From a virus: a stretch of DNA of 32,000 nt. Below, piece after piece: positions 7,649-16,146 of the stretch; the first letter of the stretch is position 1; every line of letters begins with the position of its first letter. A program made the position numbers and the translations under genes. The notes below the pieces were generated by a model, which saw only the letters and a program-made list of their open reading frames with translations, did not search any database and was not told the DNA's origin. Location of the stretch: positions 162,644 through 194,643 of IMG/VR virus record IMGVR_UViG_3300037851_001030; one strand, 5' to 3'.

Positions 7649-10600
7649 CTAGAAAGTGCCCTTCATGATTGCGTTACTGTCGACGCCAAACAACCCGCTC
7701 GTGCGCTTGATGGGGTAACGCAAATTGAACCAGGTTCTGTAATAAAACCAGGTCTTTTCGACCGGATCCTGGAGCACGTCGATGTCGGTCTTCGGGTTGA
7801 TCTGGCGTCGCGTCGGCGGCACCTGCTCGGAGCCGTAGGGCGCGATCCAACCGACCGCGATCGCGCCTTCCGTGATCTCGGCGATGAATCCCTTGATCAT
7901 CATGACGGCCGCGTAGGCGTCGGGCGGGACCCAGCCCGTCAGCTTGTCAGCGAGCGTGACGGTCGCGCGCCGGATATAGTTGTGCTTCTGCGCCATGGCG
8001 TTGATCTGCTGGTAGTCGATGGCACTCGTGTCGACGCTAACGTCCTCGTAGAACGTCTGGATGCTCTCACCCTCGATCCGCAGGAACGTGATGGAGGCCG
8101 CCCCGCACGCCTTCTGGTCCGGAACGCTCATGTCCTCCATGTCCGTGAAGATACCGGACAGCTTCTTCTTGAGGATCGTGTTCGCGATATCCGAGAGCCC
8201 GCGCTGGAGCCCACAGGCGGCGGTCGCGATGAAGCTACCGTCGAGCGTGACGGTGGTCGTGGTGCCGTCGTCGAGCACGATCTCACGATCCGCCCACGAG
8301 TTGCCGATGAGCACGTGGCACCCATGGCTCGGGTCGTCACCGCTCACCTGGAGCGAGCGGCGCGCCGTGTAGATCTTGGAGCCCTCGGTGTTCTCGTCTC
8401 CGAGCGGAGCGCCGACGCTCATGCCCTGCCAGAGCATGCGGACCTTCGACGGGAAGTTGAACATGTCGTTCGCGTCGTTCAGGTTCCGGATCGCGTCGGC
8501 CATGGCTGAGAACTTGTTGAGCACGATCAGGTCGCTGATCGGCGCGACCGCCGTCGTCGCGTCGATCGCCCTCCGGTAGTCGGAGAGCTGGTACGCACCG
8601 TCGTCGTCGAGGTCCTGCACCTGGCACGTGTACCAGGCGTCGAGCTTACTGCCAGCGGCCGCCTTCAGGATCTGGCCGCCGATCAGCACGTCGTTCGTCG
8701 TGCCCATGGGTTTGAGGGCCGCCGCCATCTGGTCCTCGGATCGCCAGAGGAGCGGGGTGTCGTACTCGGTCGCCGCACGCAGGCGCGAGCCCGTGATGTA
8801 GTAACCGTCGCCCGGTGCGGGCTCGCGGCCGGCATGCTGGTAGCGAACGACCACCGTGGTGGCGGGGTCGGCCGTGAACGTGACGTAGGGCGTGCCCGTG
8901 ATCCAGGTGTAGGCGATATTGACGCCAGCCAGGTTCTTGACCGAAAGCACGGAGGTTGGCGTCGTGTCGAGGATCACGTAGTAGACGCCGGCCACACCCG
9001 TTGCGTTGCCGACGGCGTCGAACAGGATCGCGGTGGACGCCAGCGTCTCGCTCACGCGCACGTCGATGTTCCAGTTGATCACGTCGTCGCAGGTGGCCGC
9101 GAACGTGTAGGTGTCAGACGCGGTCCAGCGGTTGGGCGCGTTCGCCCCCGTCGGCGTGTCCAGCGCGTTGCCGATGTTGCGCACCAGGAAGCGCACGTTG
9201 TCTGCGAGCGTGATGAGACCACCGGCACCGCTGGCGAGACAGGTGGCGGTCTGCACGCCGAAGCCACCCTCGGTCGTGGTGGCAGCGTAGGTCAGCGGCA
9301 GGTTCTGGCTCGTGGGCGTGCCCGCCGTGAGCGTGTACACGCGGTCGTCCTTCGCGTTGTAGTACTCGCGTCCAGGCCGCGCCACGAACAACCAGGAGTC
9401 GCCCACGACGAGCGCCAGTTGGTCGGGGAACGCGGGCCAGACCCACGATAGCGCGATGCCGTTCTCGATCGCGACATCGGTGTAGGTCGTCGAGACCGCC
9501 TCGTCGAGGTTCTTGGAGCCCGTGCTGTAGGGCAGCTCGTCCATGCCCGCCCAGCGGAGGGTGCCGGTGCGCGTGCCGCCACTCATGCCGGTCGCCACGA
9601 TGCCGGTCGCGGTGACCGCCACCGCCACGATCGCAACGTTGGCGGCCGTCCCGTACTTGGTCTGAGCGAGCGCGGTCGCCCCGAGAACGGGGACGGCCGC
9701 CACCACGTAGTTGTTGCCACCCGGCCAGTTGGCGACGTTGTTGATCGCGGCGCGCGCCGCGACCGCCACGTCGTTGTCGGAGGCCGCGAGCGTGATGTCG
9801 ATCGCGATACGCCCCGGAACCGGGACGAAGCCACCGGTCTTCTCGAATTCGAAGGTGACCGCCGCGAGCCCGTTCGAGATCGTGAAGTAGTCGTTGTCGA
9901 CGATGTCGGCCAGCACGAACGTGAGCGAGCCGGTCGCGTAGGTGCCGCCGGCCGCCGTGCACTCGAGCTTGTAGTGCCGGACGTAGGCGCCCGTGTACTC
10001 GGCGCCCGCCGTGACCGTGGGGTTCATCGTCGAGGTGTTGGCCGCCGTCGTGGGTGGCGCCGCGGCCCAGTTGGTGTTGCCCGCGGTCGCCGGCGTCGAG
10101 ATGGTCGAGAACTGGCTGTTGAGAGAGTCGAACGCGCTGTGCGGCTCGATGAGAGTCCCACCGTAGCCCCAGAACTCGAACTTGTCACCCATCACGAAGT
10201 TCGAGCCACCGACCGCGAACGTCAGGTAGATGCCGTCGATGAGCGGCCGGTTGATGTCCAGCGTGTTGCCGGTGCCCCCGCTCTCGATCGTGAAGGTCTT
10301 GTCGGCCATGCCCGAGACCAGCGGCACCTGAGGCTGCGCCGCGTTCAGGCCGCTGTGGTTCCAGACCTCGATCTTGAAGGTCGCGCTCTTCGGGGGCCCC
10401 GCCCCGATCCCGGTGCACGTGATCCGGTAGTAGCGCGTCTGCGTCCGGCTATAGGCGTTCGACGCGCCGAAGACCACGGAGCCGGTGGAGGCCGGCTGAA
10501 GCGTGGTCGTGATCGCGCTCGTCGTCGGGAGCTTGTTCACGTTCGCGGTCCCGACCGTGAACGTGTCGAGCGAACCCGGAACGAGGAAGTCCTTGCCGTC

Positions 10601-11113
10601 GGTGGCCGGCGCCAGGCTCTCTTGATAGTAGGTCTGGTCCGGATACTTGCCGACGCGGATGATCCGGCGGAGCGCGTCGATATCGATGGTATCGAGCGGG
10701 GTACGCACCGACGCCTGATAGTCGATCGTGTAGCTCTTGAGCCGGTCGTAGTCGGCCGGGTTGAACAGCACCTGGTCGTAGGTTCCAGAGCCCGGCGTGC
10801 TTTCCCAGAACGACCACTTGGAGGTCGGGACCTCGTTGCCGTCGCCGTCGTAAAGGCTAACCGGCGGCGCGCTGTCGGGCTTGGCCGCGTAGGGCAGCGT
10901 CGCGATGTAGGGCGGCACCGTCGAGAACGTGAGGTCCGCGCCCTCGATCCACGACCGGATCTTGGGTACGTTGGTCGACGTCGCGAGCCGAGCGCCCTTG
11001 CCGACGACACAGGGCCGGAACACGCTCTCACCCGGCGAGAGCGTGGAGGGCTGGTAGATCTGGCCAAGGTACGATCCGACAAACTGGTACCTCGTCGGCT
11101 TAGGACGCGCCAT
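7649..11113 (-). CDS. contractile tail sheath-like structural protein, oversized (1154 aa)
   Basis: AGGAGA RBS 5 nt before ATG 11113. The N-terminus TLSPGESVF..VVGKGARLA resembles sheath N-termini (compare T4 gp18 LLSPGIEL). The C-terminal ~150 aa (NYIRRATVTLADKL..IAPYGSEQVPPTRRQINPKTDIDVLQDP..FYYRTWFNLRYPIKRTSGLFGV) follows the sheath C-terminal-domain pattern. Similarity is judged from memory only. Confidence 0.55.
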   Translation of the reverse strand: MARPKPTRYQFVGSYLGQIYQPSTLSPGESVFRPCVVGKGARLATSTNVPKIRSWIEGADLTFSTVPPYIATLPYAAKPDSAPPVSLYDGDGNEVPTSKWSFWESTPGSGTYDQVLFNPADYDRLKSYTIDYQASVRTPLDTIDIDALRRIIRVGKYPDQTYYQESLAPATDGKDFLVPGSLDTFTVGTANVNKLPTTSAITTTLQPASTGSVVFGASNAYSRTQTRYYRITCTGIGAGPPKSATFKIEVWNHSGLNAAQPQVPLVSGMADKTFTIESGGTGNTLDINRPLIDGIYLTFAVGGSNFVMGDKFEFWGYGGTLIEPHSAFDSLNSQFSTISTPATAGNTNWAAAPPTTAANTSTMNPTVTAGAEYTGAYVRHYKLECTAAGGTYATGSLTFVLADIVDNDYFTISNGLAAVTFEFEKTGGFVPVPGRIAIDITLAASDNDVAVAARAAINNVANWPGGNNYVVAAVPVLGATALAQTKYGTAANVAIVAVAVTATGIVATGMSGGTRTGTLRWAGMDELPYSTGSKNLDEAVSTTYTDVAIENGIALSWVWPAFPDQLALVVGDSWLFVARPGREYYNAKDDRVYTLTAGTPTSQNLPLTYAATTTEGGFGVQTATCLASGAGGLITLADNVRFLVRNIGNALDTPTGANAPNRWTASDTYTFAATCDDVINWNIDVRVSETLASTAILFDAVGNATGVAGVYYVILDTTPTSVLSVKNLAGVNIAYTWITGTPYVTFTADPATTVVVRYQHAGREPAPGDGYYITGSRLRAATEYDTPLLWRSEDQMAAALKPMGTTNDVLIGGQILKAAAGSKLDAWYTCQVQDLDDDGAYQLSDYRRAIDATTAVAPISDLIVLNKFSAMADAIRNLNDANDMFNFPSKVRMLWQGMSVGAPLGDENTEGSKIYTARRSLQVSGDDPSHGCHVLIGNSWADREIVLDDGTTTTVTLDGSFIATAACGLQRGLSDIANTILKKKLSGIFTDMEDMSVPDQKACGAASITFLRIEGESIQTFYEDVSVDTSAIDYQQINAMAQKHNYIRRATVTLADKLTGWVPPDAYAAVMMIKGFIAEITEGAIAVGWIAPYGSEQVPPTRRQINPKTDIDVLQDPVEKTWFYYRTWFNLRYPIKRTSGLFGVDSNAIMKGTF

Positions 11114-11459
11114 TTGCTTCTCCTATCAGTGGAACGATCCGACCCTGTACTAAAAGGCGGATCAAGCCTTGACACATGTTGGGCCTGTTCTGGGTATCAG
11201 TATCCGTCAGGCGCAAGAACAGCCAGCCGTTCTCCGCACACCAGGCATCCAACTTTCGGTCCTTATCGGTACGAATACGATACCCTGGGTGCCAGGTTGC
11301 GTAGTGAGCGGGGCTATCCACGTGGATGATGAGACCGCTGTTGTGGTCCACGAAATCCGCATTGGCACTGAAACCTAGACCACGCGTGGGCAGCCAGGAT
11401 CGACTGACCAGCCGGACGCTCTGCCCGCAGACCGCACACTGTACCTGGTCAGATACCAT
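11100..11459 (-). CDS. DUF559/Vsr-like endonuclease-fold protein with N-terminal CxxC (119 aa)
   Basis: ADFVDHNSGLIIHVDSPAHY..RTDKDRKLDAWCAENGWLFLRLTDTD matches the DF..liiEvDG..H...D..R...L...G..vlR pattern, with H in place of the usual E. I prefer ATG 11459 with GAGAGGAA upstream over track start 11534. The 3' end overlaps the sheath start by 14 nt. Confidence 0.5.
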   Translation of the reverse strand: MVSDQVQCAVCGQSVRLVSRSWLPTRGLGFSANADFVDHNSGLIIHVDSPAHYATWHPGYRIRTDKDRKLDAWCAENGWLFLRLTDTDTQNRPNMCQGLIRLLVQGRIVPLIGEANGAS

Positions 11460-11479
11460 GTTCCTCTCTGCGAGCGCTC

Positions 11480-12397
11480 TCAAGGAGCAATGACCACACT
11501 CTTTTCGGCTAGTACAGTTCCGTTTTCTGCGCAAACACTAACCAGCAGGTTTCCAATCCGTTTGGCATACAGCGAACCGGCTCGGATGATCGCGAGCCGG
11601 TTGTCATCAACCCGCCACCAGGCGTCCGGCGGAAGGTATCCTGTAGCCGTAAGCGGAACCGAGGTCCCTACTCGCAGGGTATCCGGCAGCGATACCGTGA
11701 TGGTGTTCGATAGGATCTGATACGCTTCGATGTGGGCTTCGTACTCGCTCCAGACCGCGACCTCGACCGTGACCTCGAACGATAGGATCGTGGTCCATAC
11801 CCGCTGCTTGCGGTCCTCGCCGATCGGGGTATCCGTTGGACCCGCGGTCGACCATGTACTCGGGAGCTGAACACACCAGCTCCGATCCCGGTGGTCAGCC
11901 GGCAGGATTAGGCCGCCGTGCAGACCTCGGCCCTGAGGTCCGAGCGCGGTCTCGACGAAGTGCACGAGCATGCCGGTAGAAGTATCTTCGTAGCTGGTAC
12001 ATGCGAGGTCGACCGGGACCTTGGCTTCGCCCAGGGTCCCAACGCGCATCGTGTCGCTGGCCTTCCTGTATCCCCACGTATAGGTTCCGAGGCCGGTGGC
12101 CTGGCCCTGATACTGGTTGGTTCGGACCAGGATCTGAGGCGGTAGGTTCTTGACGCGCTCGAAGTAGCGGGCGATCTGGATGCCCTGGTCGAGCGGGTTC
12201 TGCCCCCACCAAGGCTGGTCGTCCCGGATCTGCCAGGTCGTAGCATAGGGGCTGTAGCGGGCGAAGAACGAGCGCTTCTCGCTGTTCGCAAGGCAGCTCT
12301 GGAGCCAGCTCACCACCGCAAGTTTCGCTAGGTATTCCCAGCGACTGACCTGAGGTGACGCCTGGTCCTTAGTTTCTGCCAGCTCCGGACGGTTCAT
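11480..12397 (-). CDS. virion structural protein candidate with C-terminal Big_2-type Ig-like domain (305 aa)
   Basis: The C-terminus ITVSLPDTLRVGTSVPLTATGYLPPDAWWRVDDNRLAIIRAGSLYAKRIGNLLVSVCAENGTVLAEKSVVI fits the bacterial Ig-like group 2 pattern. It lies just upstream of the sheath-like gene. Confidence 0.6.
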   Translation of the reverse strand: MNRPELAETKDQASPQVSRWEYLAKLAVVSWLQSCLANSEKRSFFARYSPYATTWQIRDDQPWWGQNPLDQGIQIARYFERVKNLPPQILVRTNQYQGQATGLGTYTWGYRKASDTMRVGTLGEAKVPVDLACTSYEDTSTGMLVHFVETALGPQGRGLHGGLILPADHRDRSWCVQLPSTWSTAGPTDTPIGEDRKQRVWTTILSFEVTVEVAVWSEYEAHIEAYQILSNTITVSLPDTLRVGTSVPLTATGYLPPDAWWRVDDNRLAIIRAGSLYAKRIGNLLVSVCAENGTVLAEKSVVIAP

Positions 12398-12415
12398 CGT
12401 TCAATACTGAACCGT
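12389..12415 (-). promoter_or_regulatory. 8-bp hairpin spanning the stop/start junction (cgATGAacc) of ORFs 12394-12609 and 11480-12397
   Basis: Minus-strand RNA ACGGUUCA-GUAUUGAACGA-UGAACCGU. The AUG of the 305-aa ORF spans the loop/3'-arm junction. Confidence 0.4.
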
Positions 12416-12609
12416 TGACAGCGGCCTTGCATCTGGCGTACGCTGTATCCCGTGATGTAGAACGGGGCGCAAACCGGAGCGCCGTCAAACCGGGGAATCG
12501 ACCCCAAGTCCGTGGAGCACAGGCTGTGGACAGCATGGAGGACGTAGCCCAGGGACCCGTAAGGTCCGTCAGTCTGGGAGCCAATCTGTGACTGATCCCG
12601 AACACCCAT
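12394..12609 (-). CDS. small hypothetical protein (71 aa)
   Basis: ATGA overlap with the downstream 305-aa ORF, GC-rich third codon positions, and a hairpin at the junction consistent with coupling. No family recognised. Confidence 0.35.
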   Translation of the reverse strand: MGVRDQSQIGSQTDGPYGSLGYVLHAVHSLCSTDLGSIPRFDGAPVCAPFYITGYSVRQMQGRCQRFSIER

Positions 12610-12727
12610 CGAGGCAAAGCCGATGGCTAGGAAGCGGGCGAGCTAACCGTCGCGGGGACTGGAGACCCCGTACATCACGTTTTCTCAACGCCTACACATG
12701 GGATTCGTACCCGCATCGGAGCATGCC

Positions 12728-13009
12728 ATGAGACACCGGTATCTGATCGTAGTTGAGAGCCCTGGCTGCGTTGGGGTGGCCAAGGATGTGGTCGAAGACG
12801 CGGACCATACAAAAGCCTGGCGGAGCGCTCAGTGCAAGGCAAAAGCACTCGCGATGCACGCACCGGAGACGGTCGCGATCTACGAACTCGCGGGACACTA
12901 CGAGCGCGCCGATCCTTGTTGGATCCACGACCGCCCCGACCGGTCGAGGTCGTTGGCCGGCGATCGAATCGACCAACGTACTCCGGTGGACCCCGATGGA
13001 AGACCCTAG
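12728..13009 (+). CDS. hypothetical protein (93 aa)
   Basis: ATG 12728 has GGAG 8 nt upstream (track start 12698 is in frame). MRHRYLIVVESPGCVGVAKDVVEDADHTKAW... has plausible composition. First gene of the plus block. Confidence 0.5.
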   Translation: MRHRYLIVVESPGCVGVAKDVVEDADHTKAWRSAQCKAKALAMHAPETVAIYELAGHYERADPCWIHDRPDRSRSLAGDRIDQRTPVDPDGRP

Positions 13010-13262
13010 CGCCCAGACGCTTCTCTGCGCAGCGGCCCACCATCCGGAGCTGCTCGCGGCCCTCTACCAGAACGTCGACCTGGCAGCCCAGATCGCCCGG
13101 GATAAGTTCAACATCACGCTGACGGACTCCGAGCTTGGCGTACTACGAAGCCGACGTCGTGAGGCGCTTCAGGCCGCCGAGGCTGCCGCCAAGAACACGG
13201 ACAAGGCAACCGTACGAGAGGACTCGGGGCATCCGACCTTAGGAGTAGGTCATGCCTCTTGA
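12996..13262 (+). CDS. hypothetical protein (88 aa)
   Basis: Internal ATG of track ORF 12753-13262. MEDPSAQTLLCAAAHHPELLAALYQNVDLAAQIARDKF... The upstream part of that ORF is Arg-rich out-of-frame read. Overlaps the previous ORF by 14 nt. Confidence 0.45.
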   Translation: MEDPSAQTLLCAAAHHPELLAALYQNVDLAAQIARDKFNITLTDSELGVLRSRRREALQAAEAAAKNTDKATVREDSGHPTLGVGHAS

Positions 13263-13283
13263 CGGTTCCTGGTAGGAGGGCCC

Positions 13284-14303
13284 ATGTTTGACGCTGAGAA
13301 ATTCTGGTCCGCACCGATCGTGAGGTCCACCATGGACCGAAACGTCGACGTGCTGCTACGCGTGGTACCACGCATCGTCCGCGAGTTCACAAACGACGCG
13401 CTCGACCGCCGGCCCAAGGGTGCTGGCGGTCTCGACCTCGTCTCGTTCCTACTCACGATCGCAGGGCGCGGTGCTACCGTCTTGATCCCGGAGTACCACG
13501 CGACGCGGCCCACGACGCGCAAGACCGGCGAGCTGGTGCTACCTGCCAACCGTCACGGTCGGGTGCTAGCGGTGGTGTCGAACGCCAAGACCTTCCGGTT
13601 CTCGCTTCGGATCGATGACGCGAACGTGCTGACGACAGCCTCAGTCGGCGCGCCCCGCACATTCACGCTCACGGACTTCAACGGTGACCTGAACGACGCC
13701 TGGCGCACGATCACGTTCCTACCCACGGCGCGCGAGAACTCGTTCCTCGCGCGTTACGGTCTCGAGCGGGACGGCCGGATACCGTTCGAGCGCGCGGTGC
13801 ACCCCAACCGCTGGACCGCGCTCTTCGGACGCTCGTACGTACTCGCCAAGATCTTAATCGACCGGCTATCCGACGAGATCAAGCACTGGCAGCCCGAGCG
13901 CCGAGACCTGCTCGCCGAGATCGCAGACGAACACGAGGGCGACTACCGGGGCACCGAGCGAGAACCCGGTCGCAAGCTCAAGGTCCAGTCGCTCGAGGTC
14001 AAGGTAGCCCACGACGTGTTCCTCGGCGAGTACCCGCGAACGTCCGACGTCACGGTCCGCCTCGCGGTGCTCCGTACCGCACGTGAACGCGTGCAGGTCG
14101 CGACGCGGGCGACCGAGCTAGCCTACGCCTGGGCCCTGAAGCGAGCGGCCGCCAAGCAATCGGGCTGGCCGGCGCCGAGCGGTCTGCGCTGGCACACGTT
14201 CAAGCCGCCGAAGTCGCGCATCACGTGGCAGTACATGTCGCTTGGCGGTGACCTAGCGCTCCAAGCTCGCATCCGTGAGATCACGGAGACCGTGAACGAG
14301 TAA
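13284..14303 (+). CDS. hypothetical protein (339 aa)
   Basis: Strong RBS GGAGGG before ATG 13284. Long ORF with balanced composition. No family recognised. Confidence 0.7.
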   Translation: MFDAEKFWSAPIVRSTMDRNVDVLLRVVPRIVREFTNDALDRRPKGAGGLDLVSFLLTIAGRGATVLIPEYHATRPTTRKTGELVLPANRHGRVLAVVSNAKTFRFSLRIDDANVLTTASVGAPRTFTLTDFNGDLNDAWRTITFLPTARENSFLARYGLERDGRIPFERAVHPNRWTALFGRSYVLAKILIDRLSDEIKHWQPERRDLLAEIADEHEGDYRGTEREPGRKLKVQSLEVKVAHDVFLGEYPRTSDVTVRLAVLRTARERVQVATRATELAYAWALKRAAAKQSGWPAPSGLRWHTFKPPKSRITWQYMSLGGDLALQARIREITETVNE

Positions 14304-14318
14304 GCACTATAGGAACAC

Positions 14319-14657
14319 ATGTCAATCATCAGCAAGACCCTGCAAGAGATTCATGATGAGGCGCTGGTCACTGCCAAATCCGAAGCCTTCGAACACGGCT
14401 ACTGCTTAGGTCATGCTGATGGACTCGTAGACGGAGCGCTGTCCAGGACCATTCTGGAGGCCGTCGAACTGCCCCCACAGATGACGGTCAACCCCAAGGC
14501 CATCCGGCTGATGATGGATAGTTCGACCACCTATGCCTGCACGAAGTGCGGGACCACGCAGTCACACCCATGGCTACCGGAGCCGCGTAGCAGCGCGGGG
14601 TTGGCGCTCAAGTGCGCTACGTGCGGTGTGCTCACGCTGCACAAGAGAGTACCGTGA
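14319..14657 (+). CDS. hypothetical protein with C-terminal zinc ribbon (112 aa)
   Basis: CTKCG ... CATCG pair of CxxC knuckles. The stop overlaps the next ATG (GTGATGG). Confidence 0.6.
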   Translation: MSIISKTLQEIHDEALVTAKSEAFEHGYCLGHADGLVDGALSRTILEAVELPPQMTVNPKAIRLMMDSSTTYACTKCGTTQSHPWLPEPRSSAGLALKCATCGVLTLHKRVP

Positions 14658-15337
14658 TGGCCCTCAAACGAGTGCCCGTGTCCGAGGACGAGTGGAGCAC
14701 CCTGTATAGGATGCTAACGTGGCGAAAGACCCCGGGTCGGCGCCTGAACCTAGGCTGCGGACTCCGCCACCTTCAGGGCGTGGTCAACATCGACTGCTTG
14801 CCGGCGGTCGAGCCCGAGGTCGTGTGCGACTTCGACCGCGACCCGCTGCCCTTCGAGACCGACAGCGTGGACTACGTGTGCTCGGTCAACGTGTTCGAGC
14901 ACCTCTCGAACCTCTATCACGTGGTGGCCGAGATCTGGCGCGTGTGTCGGCCCGGCGCGGTCTTCGAGTTGATCGTGCCGAACGCCTTCAGCCTGGGCGC
15001 CTTCGGCGACCCCACGCATTGCCGATTCTGGACCGTCGAGAGCCACGTGTATCTGAACGCGAAGACCTACTCATTCAACACGTCCTGGTACACGCCGCAC
15101 CGGTTCCACTTCACGTGCCCGGGTCCGACGCCGGTGCCTGAGCCCGGCAGCCGCAAGCTCTGGGAGCTGTACGAGGCGGCACCGAACGTGCTGAAGCCGC
15201 TGCTCAAGCACCTGCTCGTGCACCATGCAGTCAATACGTTCCGGTACCTGTTCTTCCGGTTCGAAGTCGTCAAGCCGCTTCCCGTAGACTCGGAACCCGT
15301 GATCAAGGTGTACCCGAACGACGGCGTCACGGAATGA
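14657..15337 (+). CDS. class I SAM-dependent methyltransferase (226 aa)
   Basis: RLNLGCG (motif I), VVNIDCLP, DSVDYVCSVNVFEHL and RVCRPGAVFELIVPN give a Methyltransf_11-like pattern. ATG 14657 is preferred over track start 14612. Confidence 0.8.
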   Translation: MALKRVPVSEDEWSTLYRMLTWRKTPGRRLNLGCGLRHLQGVVNIDCLPAVEPEVVCDFDRDPLPFETDSVDYVCSVNVFEHLSNLYHVVAEIWRVCRPGAVFELIVPNAFSLGAFGDPTHCRFWTVESHVYLNAKTYSFNTSWYTPHRFHFTCPGPTPVPEPGSRKLWELYEAAPNVLKPLLKHLLVHHAVNTFRYLFFRFEVVKPLPVDSEPVIKVYPNDGVTE

Positions 15338-15735
15338 CGAACTACGCTATACTCAAGCTCATGAACCGGGTGGAGAATCGGGCCTACCACCTGACGAAGA
15401 AGCTGGCTCAGGCCGAGGCCAAGATACTACGCTGTGCACAGCTACCGATAATCGTACGAAACCGAGACTATCACAGTAGCAACTGTAGGGACCTCGCTGG
15501 ATGGCGGGCCTTCGTCAACGCGCGCTTCAGCGAGTTTAGATGGGCCCGACGCCTGATCGGAGGCCGCTGGGAACGCTGGTGGGTGGACGTTGTCAACAGC
15601 TTCATCTGGCACCCGGTGACCGAGTTCTCGATCCCCGTCATCCGCTTGAAGCCGTCACCGCTATGCGTGGGTTACCCCATGCGAGAGGACTGGACCGCGA
15701 AGGACGAGCCCATATCCCGTGGGCCGTATCGGTAG
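15334..15735 (+). CDS. hypothetical protein (133 aa)
   Basis: ATGA overlap with the methyltransferase stop. Trp/Arg-rich but non-repetitive. No family recognised. Confidence 0.6.
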   Translation: MTNYAILKLMNRVENRAYHLTKKLAQAEAKILRCAQLPIIVRNRDYHSSNCRDLAGWRAFVNARFSEFRWARRLIGGRWERWWVDVVNSFIWHPVTEFSIPVIRLKPSPLCVGYPMREDWTAKDEPISRGPYR

Positions 15736-15764
15736 GGCCAAAGAGCCCGGAAAGGAACCCAACG

Positions 15765-16064
15765 ATGGACAGCCAGCCCATGACCAAGACCCAGGTGATC
15801 GCACAGCTCGCCGAGTACTGTGAGCTGCCCAAGAAGGCGGTGGCGAACGTCCTCGAAAGCCTGTTCAACCTCGCGACGTCCGAGGCCAAGCGCACGGGCG
15901 CGTTCACGATCCCGGGCTTCGGCAAGCTCGTCAAGGCGCACCGCAAGGCGCGGCTCGGCCGGAACCCGGCTACCGGCGAGCAGATCCGGATCGCGGCCAA
16001 GACCGTCTGCAAGTTCCGCCTGTCCAAGGTGTGCAAGGACGCGGTGGTCCCACCGAAGAAGTAG
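15765..16064 (+). CDS. HU/IHF-family DNA-binding protein
   Basis: MTKTQVIAQLAE..FTIPGFGKLVKAHRKARLGRNPATGEQIRIAAKTVCKFRLSKVCKDAV matches the Bac_DNA_binding signature, including the GRNPxTGE arm. Start is ATG 15765 or ATG 15780. Confidence 0.9.
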   Translation: MDSQPMTKTQVIAQLAEYCELPKKAVANVLESLFNLATSEAKRTGAFTIPGFGKLVKAHRKARLGRNPATGEQIRIAAKTVCKFRLSKVCKDAVVPPKK

Positions 16065-16146
16065 GGACGTTCGTCGAGGTCTTGACAACGGCTCGGTAGG
16101 CACTAGACTAGAGATATGCTCTCCAACCGTTGACACTTCGAGTGCT

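Noticed and set aside
7640-11329. Long ORFs overlapping the sheath-like gene: 9974-11329 (+, 451 aa), 7640-8509 (+, 289 aa), 9114-9962 (-, 282 aa), 10537-11175 (-, 212 aa) and others
   Set aside because: All are extremely Arg/Gly/Pro/Asp/His-rich and low in complexity, as expected for antisense or shifted frames of a GC-rich gene. None has an RBS. The 1154-aa frame has balanced composition and a strong RBS.
11460-11534. N-terminal extensions offered by the ORF track: 11460-11534, 26168-26269, 29841-29978, 31008-31106, 31286-31468, 14612-14656 and 5241-5267
   Set aside because: The extensions are Arg/Gly-rich or overlap upstream genes and regulatory palindromes. The internal ATG/GTG starts chosen instead have SD-like sequences or ATGA/GTGA coupling. 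Start positions remain uncertain by a few codons.
15820-16146. GTG 15820 as the PTH2 start, or a +1 frameshift fusing HU to PTH2
   Set aside because: GTG 15820 would overlap 245 nt of the clearly real HU gene in another frame and add an Arg/Ser-rich junk N-terminus. The HU 3' end (AAG AAG TAG G) has no recognisable slippery or stimulatory context. It is kept only as a remote alternative.
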